A stretch of 64,000 bases of DNA from Macrostomum lignano. Its lineage: Eukaryota. The notes under the pieces are model-generated. The model searched no databases, was not told the DNA's origin, and saw only the letters and a list, made by a program, of their open reading frames with translations. The stretch is from assembly GCA_002269645.1 (NCBI GenBank), contig NIVC01000528.1:186001-250000 (forward strand). The letters are read 5' to 3'. Made by a program: the position numbers and the translations under genes. The stretch's first letter is position 1; every line of letters starts with the position of its first letter. This document shows, in pieces, positions 21,201 through 33,200 of this stretch.

Positions 21201-24200
21201 GCCCCCTGCCCCCACCTCCCGTCTCTCTCTCTATCCTCCTTGTAATTATTTCCCTAAGCCACTATTTTATCTGCTGCCCATTTCTGATTCCCTGCCGCCT
21301 CTCTGGAACCCCCTCTCTTCTAATCGTGCTCACAGACGGCTCCATCGAACAATTCTTAAGATATTTTTCTAAGCGGTGCGGGAAGCCTGAAATTCATATC
21401 TGAAAGGCTTTGCAAGTGTAAAAATCTTGGCGCCATTTCCCCAGACTCGCGCATCGTGGCCTCCCGTCTCGAACTGTTGTTGGACGACCTGCTGTGGGTG
21501 CTGACTGTCTCTCAGCTGGAGGCTACCGTAATGTTCGTGAAGTCGCTGCAGAAAAGCGTGGAGAAATCAAAGCAGCAATCCAAGCAGCTGGCTAAGAAGA
21601 AGCTGGAGGTGCGTAAACTAACGCGATGAGACTGGCTTTGAGTGAAGGCAGATTGAGGAATCACTCCATATACCACTGTGAGAGTCACTCCATATACCAC
21701 TGTGAGAGTCACTCCATATAGCACTGTGAGAATCACTCCATATACCACTGTGAGAATCACTCCATATACCACTGTGAGAATCACTCCATATACCACTGTG
21801 AGAGTCACTCCATATACCACTGTGAGAATCACTCCATATAGCACTGTGAGAGTCACTCCATATAGCACTGTGAGAGTTACTCCATATACCACTGTGAGAG
21901 TCACTCCATATAGCACTGTGAGAGTCACTCCATATAGCACTGTGAGAGTCACTCCATATAGCACTGTGAGAATCACTCCATATACCACTGTGAGAGTCAC
22001 TCCATATAGCACTGTGAGAGTCACTCCATATACCACTGTGAGAGTCACTCCATATACCACTGTGAGAGTCACTCCATATAGCACTGTGAGAGTCACTCCA
22101 TATACCACTGTGAGAGTCACTCCATATACCACTGTGAGAGTCACTCCATATACCACTATGAGAATCACTCCATATACCACTGTGAGAGTCACTCCATATA
22201 CCACTGTGAGAGTCACTCCATATAGCACTGTGAGAATCACTCCATATACCACTGTGAGAGTCACTCCATATACCACTGTGAGAGTCACTCCATATACCAC
22301 TGTGAGAGTCACTCCATATACCACTGTGAGAATCACTCAATAAACCACTGTGAGAGTCACTCCATATACCACTGTGAGAGTCACTCCATATAGCACTGTG
22401 AGAGTCACTCCATATACCACTGTGAGAATCACTCCATATACCACTGTGAGAGTCACTCCATATAGCACTGTGAGAGTCACTCCATATAGCACTGTGAGAG
22501 TCACTCCATATAGCACTGTGAGAGTCACTCCATATACCACTGTGAGAATCACTCAATAAACCACTGTGAGAATCACTCAATAAACCACTGTGAGAATCAC
22601 TTAATAAACCACTGTGAGAATCACTCAATAAACCACTGTGAGAATCACTCAATAAACCACTGTGAGAATCACTCAATAAACCACTGTGAGAATCACTCAA
22701 TAAACCACTGTGAGAATCACTCAATAAACCACTGTGAGAATCACTCAATAAACCACTGTGAGAATCACTCAATAAACCACTGTGAGAATCACTCAATAAA
22801 CCACTGTGAGAATCACTCAATAAACCACTGTGAGAATCACTCAATAAACCACTGTGAGAATCACTCAATAAACCACTGTGAGAATCACTCAATAAACCAC
22901 TGTGAGAATCACTCAATAAACCACTGTGAGAATCACTCAATAAACCACTGTGAGAATCACTCAATAAACCACTGTGAGAATCACTCAATAAACCACTGTG
23001 AGAATCACTCAATAAACCACTGTGAGAATCACTCAATAAACCACTGTAAGAATCACTCAATAAACCACTGAGAATCACTCAATAAACCACTATGAGAATC
23101 ACTCAATATACCACTGGGATCCAAAAAGCCACAGAGCTTTGCCTCAAATCGCCCCTCTAAGATGCCTGAAAATATTCTGTTCCGCCTGAATTTCTGCTTC
23201 CAGCAGAGCCTGGGGCCGGGGCCTTCCGTGCCCAGCCAGCACCGGCTGTCGCACGCCTCCGCCCTGTCTCCGGCCCAGCAGCTGCAGCAGCAGCGCCAGT
23301 CCGCCGCCAGCGGCGCCTCCTCGGAGAGCTCCAGTGAGCTGGCGTTTCGCCGATTCGACATTCTTGAGACCTCCTACCACCTGCACACTGGCCGGGTGGA
23401 CCTGCACTTTTGCGAGGAGAGCTCATCTGGTGCGTAGCTTCTGTTCGAGGTCCATTGTTCACTGTCCGAGCCTTATTGTCTGATCCTCTGTTCGAGCCCT
23501 ACTGGTCTCTGTCCGAGTCCTACTGGTCTCTGTCCGAGCCCTACTGGTCTCTGTCCGAGCCCTACTGGTCTCTGTCCAAGCCCTACTGGTCTCTGTCTGA
23601 GCCCTACTGGTCTCTGTCTGAGCCCTACTGGTCTCTGTCCAAGCCCTACTGGTCTCTGTCCAAGCCCTACTGGTCTCTGTCTGAGCCCTACTGGTCTCTG
23701 TCTGAGCCCTACTGGTCTCTGTCTGAGCCCTACTGGTCTCTGTCTGAGCCCTACTGGTCTCTGTCTGAGCCCTACTGGTCTCTGTCTGAGCCCTACTGGT
23801 CTCTGTCTGAGCCCTACTGGTCTCTGTCTGAGCCCTACTGGTCTCTGTCCGAGCCCTACTGGTCTCTGTCTGAGCCCTACTGGTCTCTGTCTGAGCCCTA
23901 CTGGTCTCTGTCTGAGCCCTGCTGGTCTCTGTCTGAGCCCTACTGGCCTCTGTCTGAGCCCTGCTGGTCTCTGTCCGAGCCCTACTGGCCTCTGTCTGAG
24001 CCCTGCTGGTCTCTGTCCGAGCCCTACTGGTCTCTGTCTGAGCCCTGCTGGTCTCTGTCTGAGCCCTACTGGCCTCTGTCTGAGCCCTGCTGGTCTCTGT
24101 CCGAGCCCTACTGGTCTCTGTCTGAGCCCTGCTGGTCTCTGTCTGAGCCCTACTGGTCTCTGTCTGAGCCCTGCTGGTCTCTGTCTGAGCCCTACTGGCC

Positions 24201-27200
24201 TCTGTCTGAGCCCTGCTGGTCTCTGTCCGAGCCCTACTGGTCTCTGTCTGAGCCCTGCTGGTCTCTGTCTGAGCCCTACTGGCCTCTGTCTGAGCCCTGC
24301 TGGTCTCTGTCTGAGCCCTACTGGCCTCTGTCTGAGCCCTACTGGTCTCTGTCTGAGCCCTGCTGGTCTCTGTCCGAGCCCTACTGGTCTCTGTCCGAGT
24401 CCTACTGGTCTCTGTCCGAGCCCTACTGGTCTCTGTCCGAGCCCTACTGGTCTCTGTCTGAGGCCTTTTGGTCTCTGTCTGAGCCCTACTGGTCTCTGTC
24501 TGAGCCCTACTGGTCTCTGTCTGAGCCCTACTGGTCTCTGTCCGAGCCCTACTGGTCTCTGTCTGAGCCCTACTGGTCTCTGTCTGAGCCCTACTGGTCT
24601 CTGTCCGAGCCCTACTGGTCTCTGTCTGAGCCCTACTGGTCTCTGTCCGAGTCCTACTGGCCTCTGTCCGAGCCCTCTATTGTCCTCTGTCCGTGCCCTA
24701 TACTGTCCTGTCCGAACCCTAGTGTCCAATTCCGAACCCTACTGTCCTCTGTCCGAGCCCTACGCTCGTAATGTCCTCTTTCCGGAACCCTAGCTACTGT
24801 CCACTGTCCGAACCCCAGCACTAACCGGCGTTATAATTATAAATTTGCAGACTCAAAGCTAAGCGAAAGCTCAGTAGTGAACGGCGCAATCCAGCTCACC
24901 CTGCTCAACATTGGCTTTCACCTGTATCCGATGCACCCATTCAGTAATTGCCTGTTTCATTAAATCATTAGTCAATTATAATTGAATGGATCAATCAATC
25001 ACCATTAAATCACTTATCAATCATCATTAAATAACCAATCAATAATCATTAAATAACCAATCAATAATCATTAAATAACCAATCAATCATCATAAAATCA
25101 CTTATCAATCATCATTAAATCACCAATCAATCATCATTAAATCACTTATCAATAATCATAAAATCACCAATCAATCATCATAAAATCACTAATCAATAAT
25201 CATAAAATCACCAATCAATCATCATAAAATCACCAATCAATCATCATTAAATAACCAATCAATCATCATTAAATCACTTATCAATAATCATAAAATCACC
25301 AATCAATCATTATTAAATCACTTATCAATCATCATAAAATCACTTATCAATCATCATTAAATCACTTATCAATCATCATTAAATCGCCAATTAATCAATC
25401 AACGATTTAATTCAGCTGCTGGCCGCAGCGGGCGGTGGCTGCAGCACACCGAGGCGAACGAGAAGGCCGACCGGTGGCACTATCAGCGAGTTGAAGCCCT
25501 GGGCGGCGGCTGCCAAACCGACCAGCTGATTGAGAGCTGCGTGACGGTCAGTCTGCAGGACTTCTGCATGGGCTGCGTGACCTCCACGGACGCCAGCAAG
25601 AACAACAAGGCGCCTTTCCTGGCTTCGGACAAGGCCCGGCTGCAGCTGCCCCGGAACACCGTCACCGCTTTCGTTGACTTCACCGAGTTCTTCTACCCCG
25701 CCACCGTGGATGCCGCAGGTGAGCACTGTGTGCGCGTCTGAGGACTCTGTAGGGTTGAGATTGAGGACTCTGTAGGGTTGAGATTGAGGACTCTGTAGGG
25801 TTGAGATTGAGGACTCTAGGGTTGAGATTTAGGACTCTGTAGGGTTGAGATTGAGGACTCTAGGGTTGAGATTGAGGACTCTGTAGGGTTGAGGACTTTG
25901 TAGGGTTGGGATTGAGGACTCTGTAGGGTTGAGATTGAGGACTCTGTAGGGTTGAGATTGAGGACTCTGTAGGGTTGAGATTGAGGACTCTGTAGGGTTG
26001 AGATTGAGGACTCTGTAGGGTTGAGATTGAGGACTCTGTGGGGTTGAGACTGAGGACTCTGTGGGGTTGACTTGACTTACTTGACTTAGCTGCAGGGCTG
26101 TCCCGGGGGGACACAGCGGGAAGGCGCGAACGCCCATTCCGCTAATCCCTGAACGGCCGACGCGTCCTATGGACGGAGGGTTGGCGCCGCCCAGGGAGGT
26201 CCCCCAGTGTCGCCAGCAGCTATGGTGCTCTCTGGAAAGGAGAGTTCAGCCCTGCGGGTGGCCCGAAGGTAGCGCATGAGCTGATTAAAGTTTTCGGGTT
26301 TGCACGCTTCAGTAATAGATGTGTGTGGCCCGAGGTAAGTGAGTCTGGCCCGCGTGAAGGCGGGACAGATGCTGACGAAATGCTCAGCAGTTTCGTCACC
26401 TGAGTTGCAGAAACTACAGGTGGCGTTGGTGGCGTTGCCCTGCAGGTACTGGTGCCTGGAGAAGCAGCCGTGACTAGAGAGGGTCATGGTGGCAGCCCGG
26501 ATGTCTCTGCGCGAGAGGCGCAAGAGGAGCTTCCGGAGCTGGTGAGAGGGCTGAGGGACAGCGCCTCTGGATTGCCTGCAGTTCGTGCGGTTCGCCCAAG
26601 TCGAGCGGTGCTGAGTCCTGATCCACGCTTTGATGCGTGAGTCGATGACACAGCCAGGAATCGGGACAAGAGGTTCGGGGCCGAGAGAGGAGCCGGAGGC
26701 ACCAACTTTTGCAAGGGTGTCAGCCAACTCATTTCCTCGGATCCCCACATGCCCCGGAACCCACTTAAGGGTAATTTTGTTGGCGGAACCCAACACGTTG
26801 AGGAGTTTGATACAGTCGAGGACTGTAGCAGAGTTGGTGCTGCAGCCACTGATGGCGTGCAAGGCAGCTTGGCTGTCCAAATGGAAAATGATGTTCTTGC
26901 CAATAACGCCAGTGGCGAGAAGCTCTGCAGTGCAGGAGCTGATTGCCAGAACTTCATTTTGGAAAACACTGGAGTTGACCCCAGTGTATTGAGCGTGGGT
27001 AGCGATGACCCTCCCGTTCAGAAAGATTCCAACACCAAAGCCGGTGTTGGCTGACTGCTTAGAACCGTCGGTGTAGCAATGAAGCTCACCAAGGTTCCAT
27101 TGGTCATTGATGTTATAGCGCGAGTCGATAGCTACGGAGTAGCGCTGTCTCAGGTTGAGCGTTGAGGCAATGCCATCGGTGAAGACGCGATTGGCCTGAC

Positions 27201-30200
27201 ACTCGTTGAGAAAGTTGAGGCACAGGTCGCTATGCGGGACAAGGTTCCGCTTAGCAGGTGCTCTCATGTAAATGAATTTGACGCCGGCATCAATTAGACG
27301 CCGCGTCGTTCTAGCCGCCTCACCCCTGACGAAGAGGTCAAGAGGCGGTAGATTAAGGAAGGCCCCCATGCGTGGACCTGGTGGCGTTGCAGATGAGCCT
27401 ACACGCTCTGCCTTGGATCGTGTTGAGCAGGTCTGCATGGCTTTTGACCTGGGTAGCGCTAACCCAGACAACAGAGGCGTACGTAATGGCAGGTCTAACT
27501 ACGGAAGTGTAGATCCACCAAAGCCGCTTTGGGGATAGACCCCAAGAAGTGCCAAGTGCTCGTCGGAGCTGGGCCAGGATGGCCGAGGCACGCTTGGCTT
27601 TTGCTTTCACGTGGAAGGACCAGTTGAGCCGGTGGTCAAGTGTGACCCCGAGACATCTGGTCTGGTGCGCGAAGGCAATATCTCTGCCGTAGAGCTGCAG
27701 AGGACGTATGTTCCAGCGTAGTCTGCTGGTAAACATAATGGCAACGGTTTTGGGCTCAGAGAGTTCCAGACCATTGTCATTGGCCCAGGATTCTGCTTTG
27801 CGGATAAAGCTCTGCATCAGATCCCTGAGCGTGCTGGGAGACGGTCCTGCCACAATGGCCGTGACGTCATCAGCATACCCGACTTTGAAGACGGGGTCGG
27901 ATCGGGAGTCACTCAGAAGAGCGTCCATGACCAGGTTCCAGAGCGTCGGGGTGAGGACCCCGCCTTGGGGTCCACCCTTACAGACTCTGGTGGAGGCAGT
28001 TTGCCCAAGAAGTTGGGCAGTGACCGTACGGTTGGAGATCATGTACATGATCCGCCGTATGAGGGTAGCATGAGCTTTGCGATTTTGAAGGGCCCTCTGA
28101 AACGCTTCAAAGATAACGTTGTCGAAGGCGCCAACAATGTCAAGAAAGAGAGCCAGGGCGTAACCGTCACCCAGTACCGCCCGTTCAATCTTCTCGACTA
28201 TCGCATGCAGGGCGCTGTCAGTCGACCTCCCGGTACGGAAGGCGTGCTGATTATTGCTGAGGGGCATCGCTGTCAGCTCGCAGGACAGCAGCGAGCACTG
28301 CTATGCAGTGCACTGCTATTGCGGGTCTCTCCTCCGCTCTCTCACTTTAGCCTTCCCCCACGTGCGTGTACGCCCTCGCACTGTTACGCAACAGTGGCAC
28401 GTTGTGCTCATTAGCTCGTTGTGCTCACTACTATATATATGCTTTAAATATACGGCCATGAGAGGCCAACTTCTGCACTTACACAAGCGCACTACAGGAA
28501 GGTGTGCTGATTATTGCTGAGGGGCATCGCTGTCAGCTCGCAGGACAGCAGCCGCCAGAGAATAAGCCTCTCAGTGAGCTTAAGCATTGCTGACGTTAAG
28601 CTAATAGGCCGGAAGGCCTTGACGCTTTGGTAGTCACCCTTCCCAGGTTTGGGAATAAAGACTAACCGAGCTTCAGTCCAGCATTTGGGAACGTATCCCA
28701 GCTGGATAGAGGCCCGCATAAGATTGCGGGTGAGTCTCAGGAACGAGGGTATCTTGGCTGCTTCACGAAGGAGAACAGGGTAGATACCATCAGGTCCAGG
28801 AGATTTGAAGGGTTTGGAGGTTCTGACCGCACGAGCGATTAGGTCTTCAGTGACAATGCCCGCCGCTAGGGTGGCTCCATCCATCGAATGGTTGGGCTCC
28901 GGTCTAGCAGTAGGTACCCTCGGGAAGAATGTGCTGAGCATATGCTGAAGCACTTTTTCAGGGTCTTTAGTAAGAGAGCCATCATCTTTTTTGATCATGG
29001 CTAATTTGGACATTTTGTCCATTGTAAGGGCCTTGACAAGCCTAGAAGTAGGTCTGTCTTGATCCAATTCATTGCAGAATTGGCGCCACTTACATTCCTT
29101 GGCCTTGCGCACTTCAGATTTGAAATTGCGGGAGGCTTGCCGGAAAAGCTCCATGTCCTCCGGGTTTCCGGTCTTCATGGCACGGCGATGAAGGATTTTG
29201 GCCTTCCGCCTGAGTTTCCCCAGCTCCGGGTTCCACCACGGCGCCGAGGTCTTGCCTTTGTAGGCGCGAGCAGGACAAGCCGCTTCGTAGGCTTCAATAA
29301 TGCAACCTGTCAGCGTCTCAGCCATATGATCCACATCCTCGCAGGTCTCAATCGGACGTAAGTCCCTGAGTTCCTGCAGGTGCAGATCAAGGGCAGCCTT
29401 GTAGGCCGCCCAATCAGTGTTGCGGATATTGCGCCTCCAAGTGATCGGAGACTAAGTTTTAGTGTCCGCGATGTTAAAGGCGATAAAGCAGTGGTCAGAC
29501 AGGGAGGGCTCCTCAGACCAGACTCTCCACTCCTCAACTCTGTCAAAGAGTCTTGGGGTAACGAGTTTGGCGTCGAGGACCTCGGTCCATCTGCCATTAT
29601 TAAAGGTAGGAGTGCTGCCGCGGTTGCAGAGCATGAGGTTTGTGTTAGAGATGAGGGCCAGAAGCTCCTCTCCTCTAGTGTTGGTATCTTTGCTGCCCCA
29701 GTGCTTGTGGTGCGCGTTGAGGTCGCCCCCTAAGCACAGCTCAGCGTTCTGGGACTCGCAGTACTGCGCGAGGCGCAGTAAACTCTCAGGAGCAGGGTCT
29801 CTGTCGCCTGGGATATAAACCGAGGCAACAAGACACGTACGCGGAGAGAAATGATTAGATTGGATGACGCAAAGGTCTCCATCAGAGAGATCAGTCCTCA
29901 GCCAAGCCTGGAGATGGCTAGCAGCGAGGATAGCCGCTCTAGGGCGGCTGTTCCCCGGGCCACACACATAAAAATCAGAGTAGCCAGAGGGAATGTTGGG
30001 CAACTTACCGTTGCGCATCCAGGGTTCCTGGATCAGGATGAGGCCTGGCCTGTACAGCTCAGCAATCTTCATCAGATTTACTGACGCAGATACGCAATGC
30101 TGTAAATTAATTTGCAGACAGAATGTCGCTCCTTTGGCAGCGTGGAGCTTAGTCATACTGTATTAAATGCAATTTCTGGCTAGAGCCCAGGGCCATCAAG

Positions 30201-33200
30201 GAGACTTGGACAACAGATCGTCCTCGTCCCAGGCCGCTGGGGCTTGACTGGGAGATGGGAGTTGGTCGACGTCCATGGCCTCCTCACCCTCACCGCCCCC
30301 CCCCCCCCAGCAGAGTCCTCAGGCTCCGATGACAGGATGGAGGAAGCTTCCTCATCTGCATCTTTGACTTCAGACCCCACCAGGGTGGCCGAGGAGAGCT
30401 CGGATTCCGAAGACCCGGCCTCGTCCTCAACTCCTTCTCCGACTGGCAGGTTTGGTTCCCGGGGCTTGGCCGGAGCCGTTACCGCGGTCGCCGAACTGCT
30501 GCTAGCAGAGGGGCGAGATGCAGCTTTGGCTTTGGGATCGGCTTGCGCCTTTCCTTGTGCCTTAGACTGCGCCCCGCTCTTGCCGGAGATGCCGGGGTTG
30601 GCAGTAGCCTTCCCTTTGGCAGACTTTCCTCGGCGCATCTTGAGCTTGAGGGCACCCAGCTGGAAAGAGGATCCATTAGGGTACCGACTCGCCCAAGTGC
30701 TGGAAAGGCCGAGGACAATTGAGTTGCCCGTCTCCCCCCTGCGGACTTTACGGTGATACACCAGTCCACTAGCAGGGAGGTCGGGGTTCAGACGCAGTAG
30801 GACCCGGCGGATAACGTCTGGTCCAGCTGCGGTGCTCTTAGCAGGGACGAAAACCACATAGGGTATCGTCTTTGGACGCTGGCCCTCGCGAAGAAAAAGA
30901 GCTCCGCCAAGGTCAGCATCCAAGGAGACCGTCGGCAGCCGCTGAAGCAGCTGCTGAGTGTCCTCCTCACTGCTAGGAGCAATAAGAACGAATGTGCTTC
31001 GCAGCACCATCCGCTCAATGCCGATGGAGATTCCCTCCTCGACAGTCAGCCCAATCAGATAGGAGTCAACAGCACTCCACACTTTTTGAAGCTGATCAGT
31101 GGTCCAGTCCTGGTCGCGACCTTGGATGATCACTCCCGGGATTTTGGCCTTGGCCTTCGCCGCAAAGGTAGCTCCCGAAGGAACCTCCTTGTTGGCAGTG
31201 GCCATTTGTTGCGCCGTGGTTTCGGCCTCAGCAGCCGCGGCAGCATCTCCAGAGAGCGCCGCCGCTGAACTACTGGAGCTTCCACCGGCCGGCCCGCCTG
31301 GTTGCCTTGGGACTCCAGTCGCTTCAGCATCCATGGTGGACGCCGCCGCTTTGGCCCCCGCAGCTCCCTGCTTGGCCTGCCTTTTGGCGCGTTGTTTAGC
31401 GCGTTTGCGCTCAAGCCGAGCCCGCTGAGCTTCATCGGATCTGCCAGATTTGGCCGGTCCTTTAGGCTCAGAGCTCGCGGTTCCCTTAGATCCACCAGCG
31501 GGCATTTTGAGTTTGGTAGCTCTGGTCGGATCTGCCAGCAGAGCCAGCCGGTCCTTCCTTTGCCACAGTTGAATCAGTCGGTTGGGATCTGCCAGCAGGG
31601 CCGGCCGGTCCTTCGGACTGAGGTTGGGGTTTAGAAGGGTCCCCGTCCCTAGAAAAAGCTTGGTTATCCATAGTCGGCTCGAAGGCCATGATAAAGGTTG
31701 GTGGGCTACCCTCAAAGGGGCGCGGTACCCACCCGGCCGCTCCACCTGACCGGGCAGTAGGCCAATAGAACCCTCAAGGCTGGCCCGACACCAGGAGGGG
31801 GACCGCTTGCGACCGGACTACTCCCCGGCCTTCCAGCCCATCGGCACGGTCAACACCTTAGGCATTAGAGAGTACGTTGAGCAGTACCACGGCCTGCAGG
31901 TTAGCGAGCCAGACCCGCATACCCAAATTCGGCCGAAGCCACTGGTTGGGTCACCAGCGCCGGAGCCCAGTCTGTCCAGCAGCCCTAGGGTCTGCCTTGA
32001 ACACACGCGGGGACGAGTACCCTGGGTCGACTTGCGAGACAGCGTGGGGGGGGGTCTGCGGCTGCCAGAGGCAAATAGAGGGTGCAGACCTCCCACCAGC
32101 CTTGACCTGCCAAAGATAGGGGCAGGCGTGAAGCATCGCAGACCGTAGCCCATAGGCCTAGTCTGTCTCATACTTCACTGGCGTGCTGAATACACCTTCG
32201 CGTGCCTCTGTGGGGTTGAGATTGAGGACTCTGTAGGGCTGAGATTGAGGACTCTGTAGGGTTGAGACTGAGGACTCTGTAGGGTTGAGACTGAGGACTC
32301 TGGTTCATAGTGGGTCACCCTGTTTTACAGACTTTCATGTATTTCTCCCTCTGTCCCTCGCAGCCCCCTTGCCCTGCCTGTACGCGCACCTGAGCCCTCT
32401 GCACCTGAGGCTGGACTTTGACACGCTGATCTGGCTGAATGCGTTCAGCTTGAAGCTCAGCAAAAATCTGGTAAGTCTGATTTTTTATTTACGTCTCAGC
32501 TCTGCCTGAGTTCGCTTGATTCCTCGTGTTCCATGCTGCTCACACTGCACTGAGGTCACATGCTGTAAGTTGATCTGTTTTAAACTGTTCAACGCTAGCA
32601 GGTCGCCTCGTTGCAATCGTTTGACAGCAGCATCATCCAGCCTGTAAGCTTTGCCAGCCGCTTTTCCTGTTGCCTGCTTGCAGCTCTTTGGTTAATATTG
32701 CGAAATGGAGCTGCTGTGTTGGGGCCACAGCAATCATAAATTCTACTGGAAGCTGTCACGGCTCATTATTAATTTTAAGAAGTCTGTCATTATGGCCTCT
32801 GGAAGTATCCTGCTTGTGGCTGCAACATTTAGTAGTCGCCTCCTCCATCTGACCATGCCTGTTATCAACATATTCTGCACATATTCTGCACATATTCATA
32901 TTCTAGTCCTTCATGCACCTCCCCTTCTCTCCCTCCCCTCTTCCTCTCCCCTTCTGTCCCTCCCCCTTTCTTTCCCTACCACCTTCTCTTCCTCTCTCCT
33001 CTTCCTCTCCCCTCCCTCTCTTCCCTTGCTCTCTCTCCTCTTCCTCTCCCCCCATCTCTTCCCTTTCTCTCTCTCCTCTTCCTCTCCCCCCCTCTCTTCC
33101 CTTTCTCTCTCCCCTCTTCCTCTCCCCTCCCTCTCTTCCCTTTCTCTCTCTCCTCTTCCTCTCCCCCCTCTCTTCCCTTTCTCTCTCTCCTCTTCCTCTC

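Larger units (their letters stand above)
26071..32205 (-). mobile_element. Full-length (~6.1 kb) non-LTR retrotransposon, LOA/R1-like (I group), inactivated; in BLTP3 intron 7
   Basis: ORF1 plus ORF2 (APE-RT-RNase H-zinc motif); 3' tail of AAGT(C) repeats at 26071-26090; 14-bp TSD CTCTGTGGGGTTGA at 26057-26070 and 32206-32219. Confidence 0.93.

Noticed and set aside
21512-24771. Repeat ORFs of 220-490 aa such as (SDSHSGLL)n and (SEPYWSL)n
   Set aside because: They lie inside BLTP3 introns bounded by phase-consistent exons; unit lengths divisible by 3 explain the open frames.
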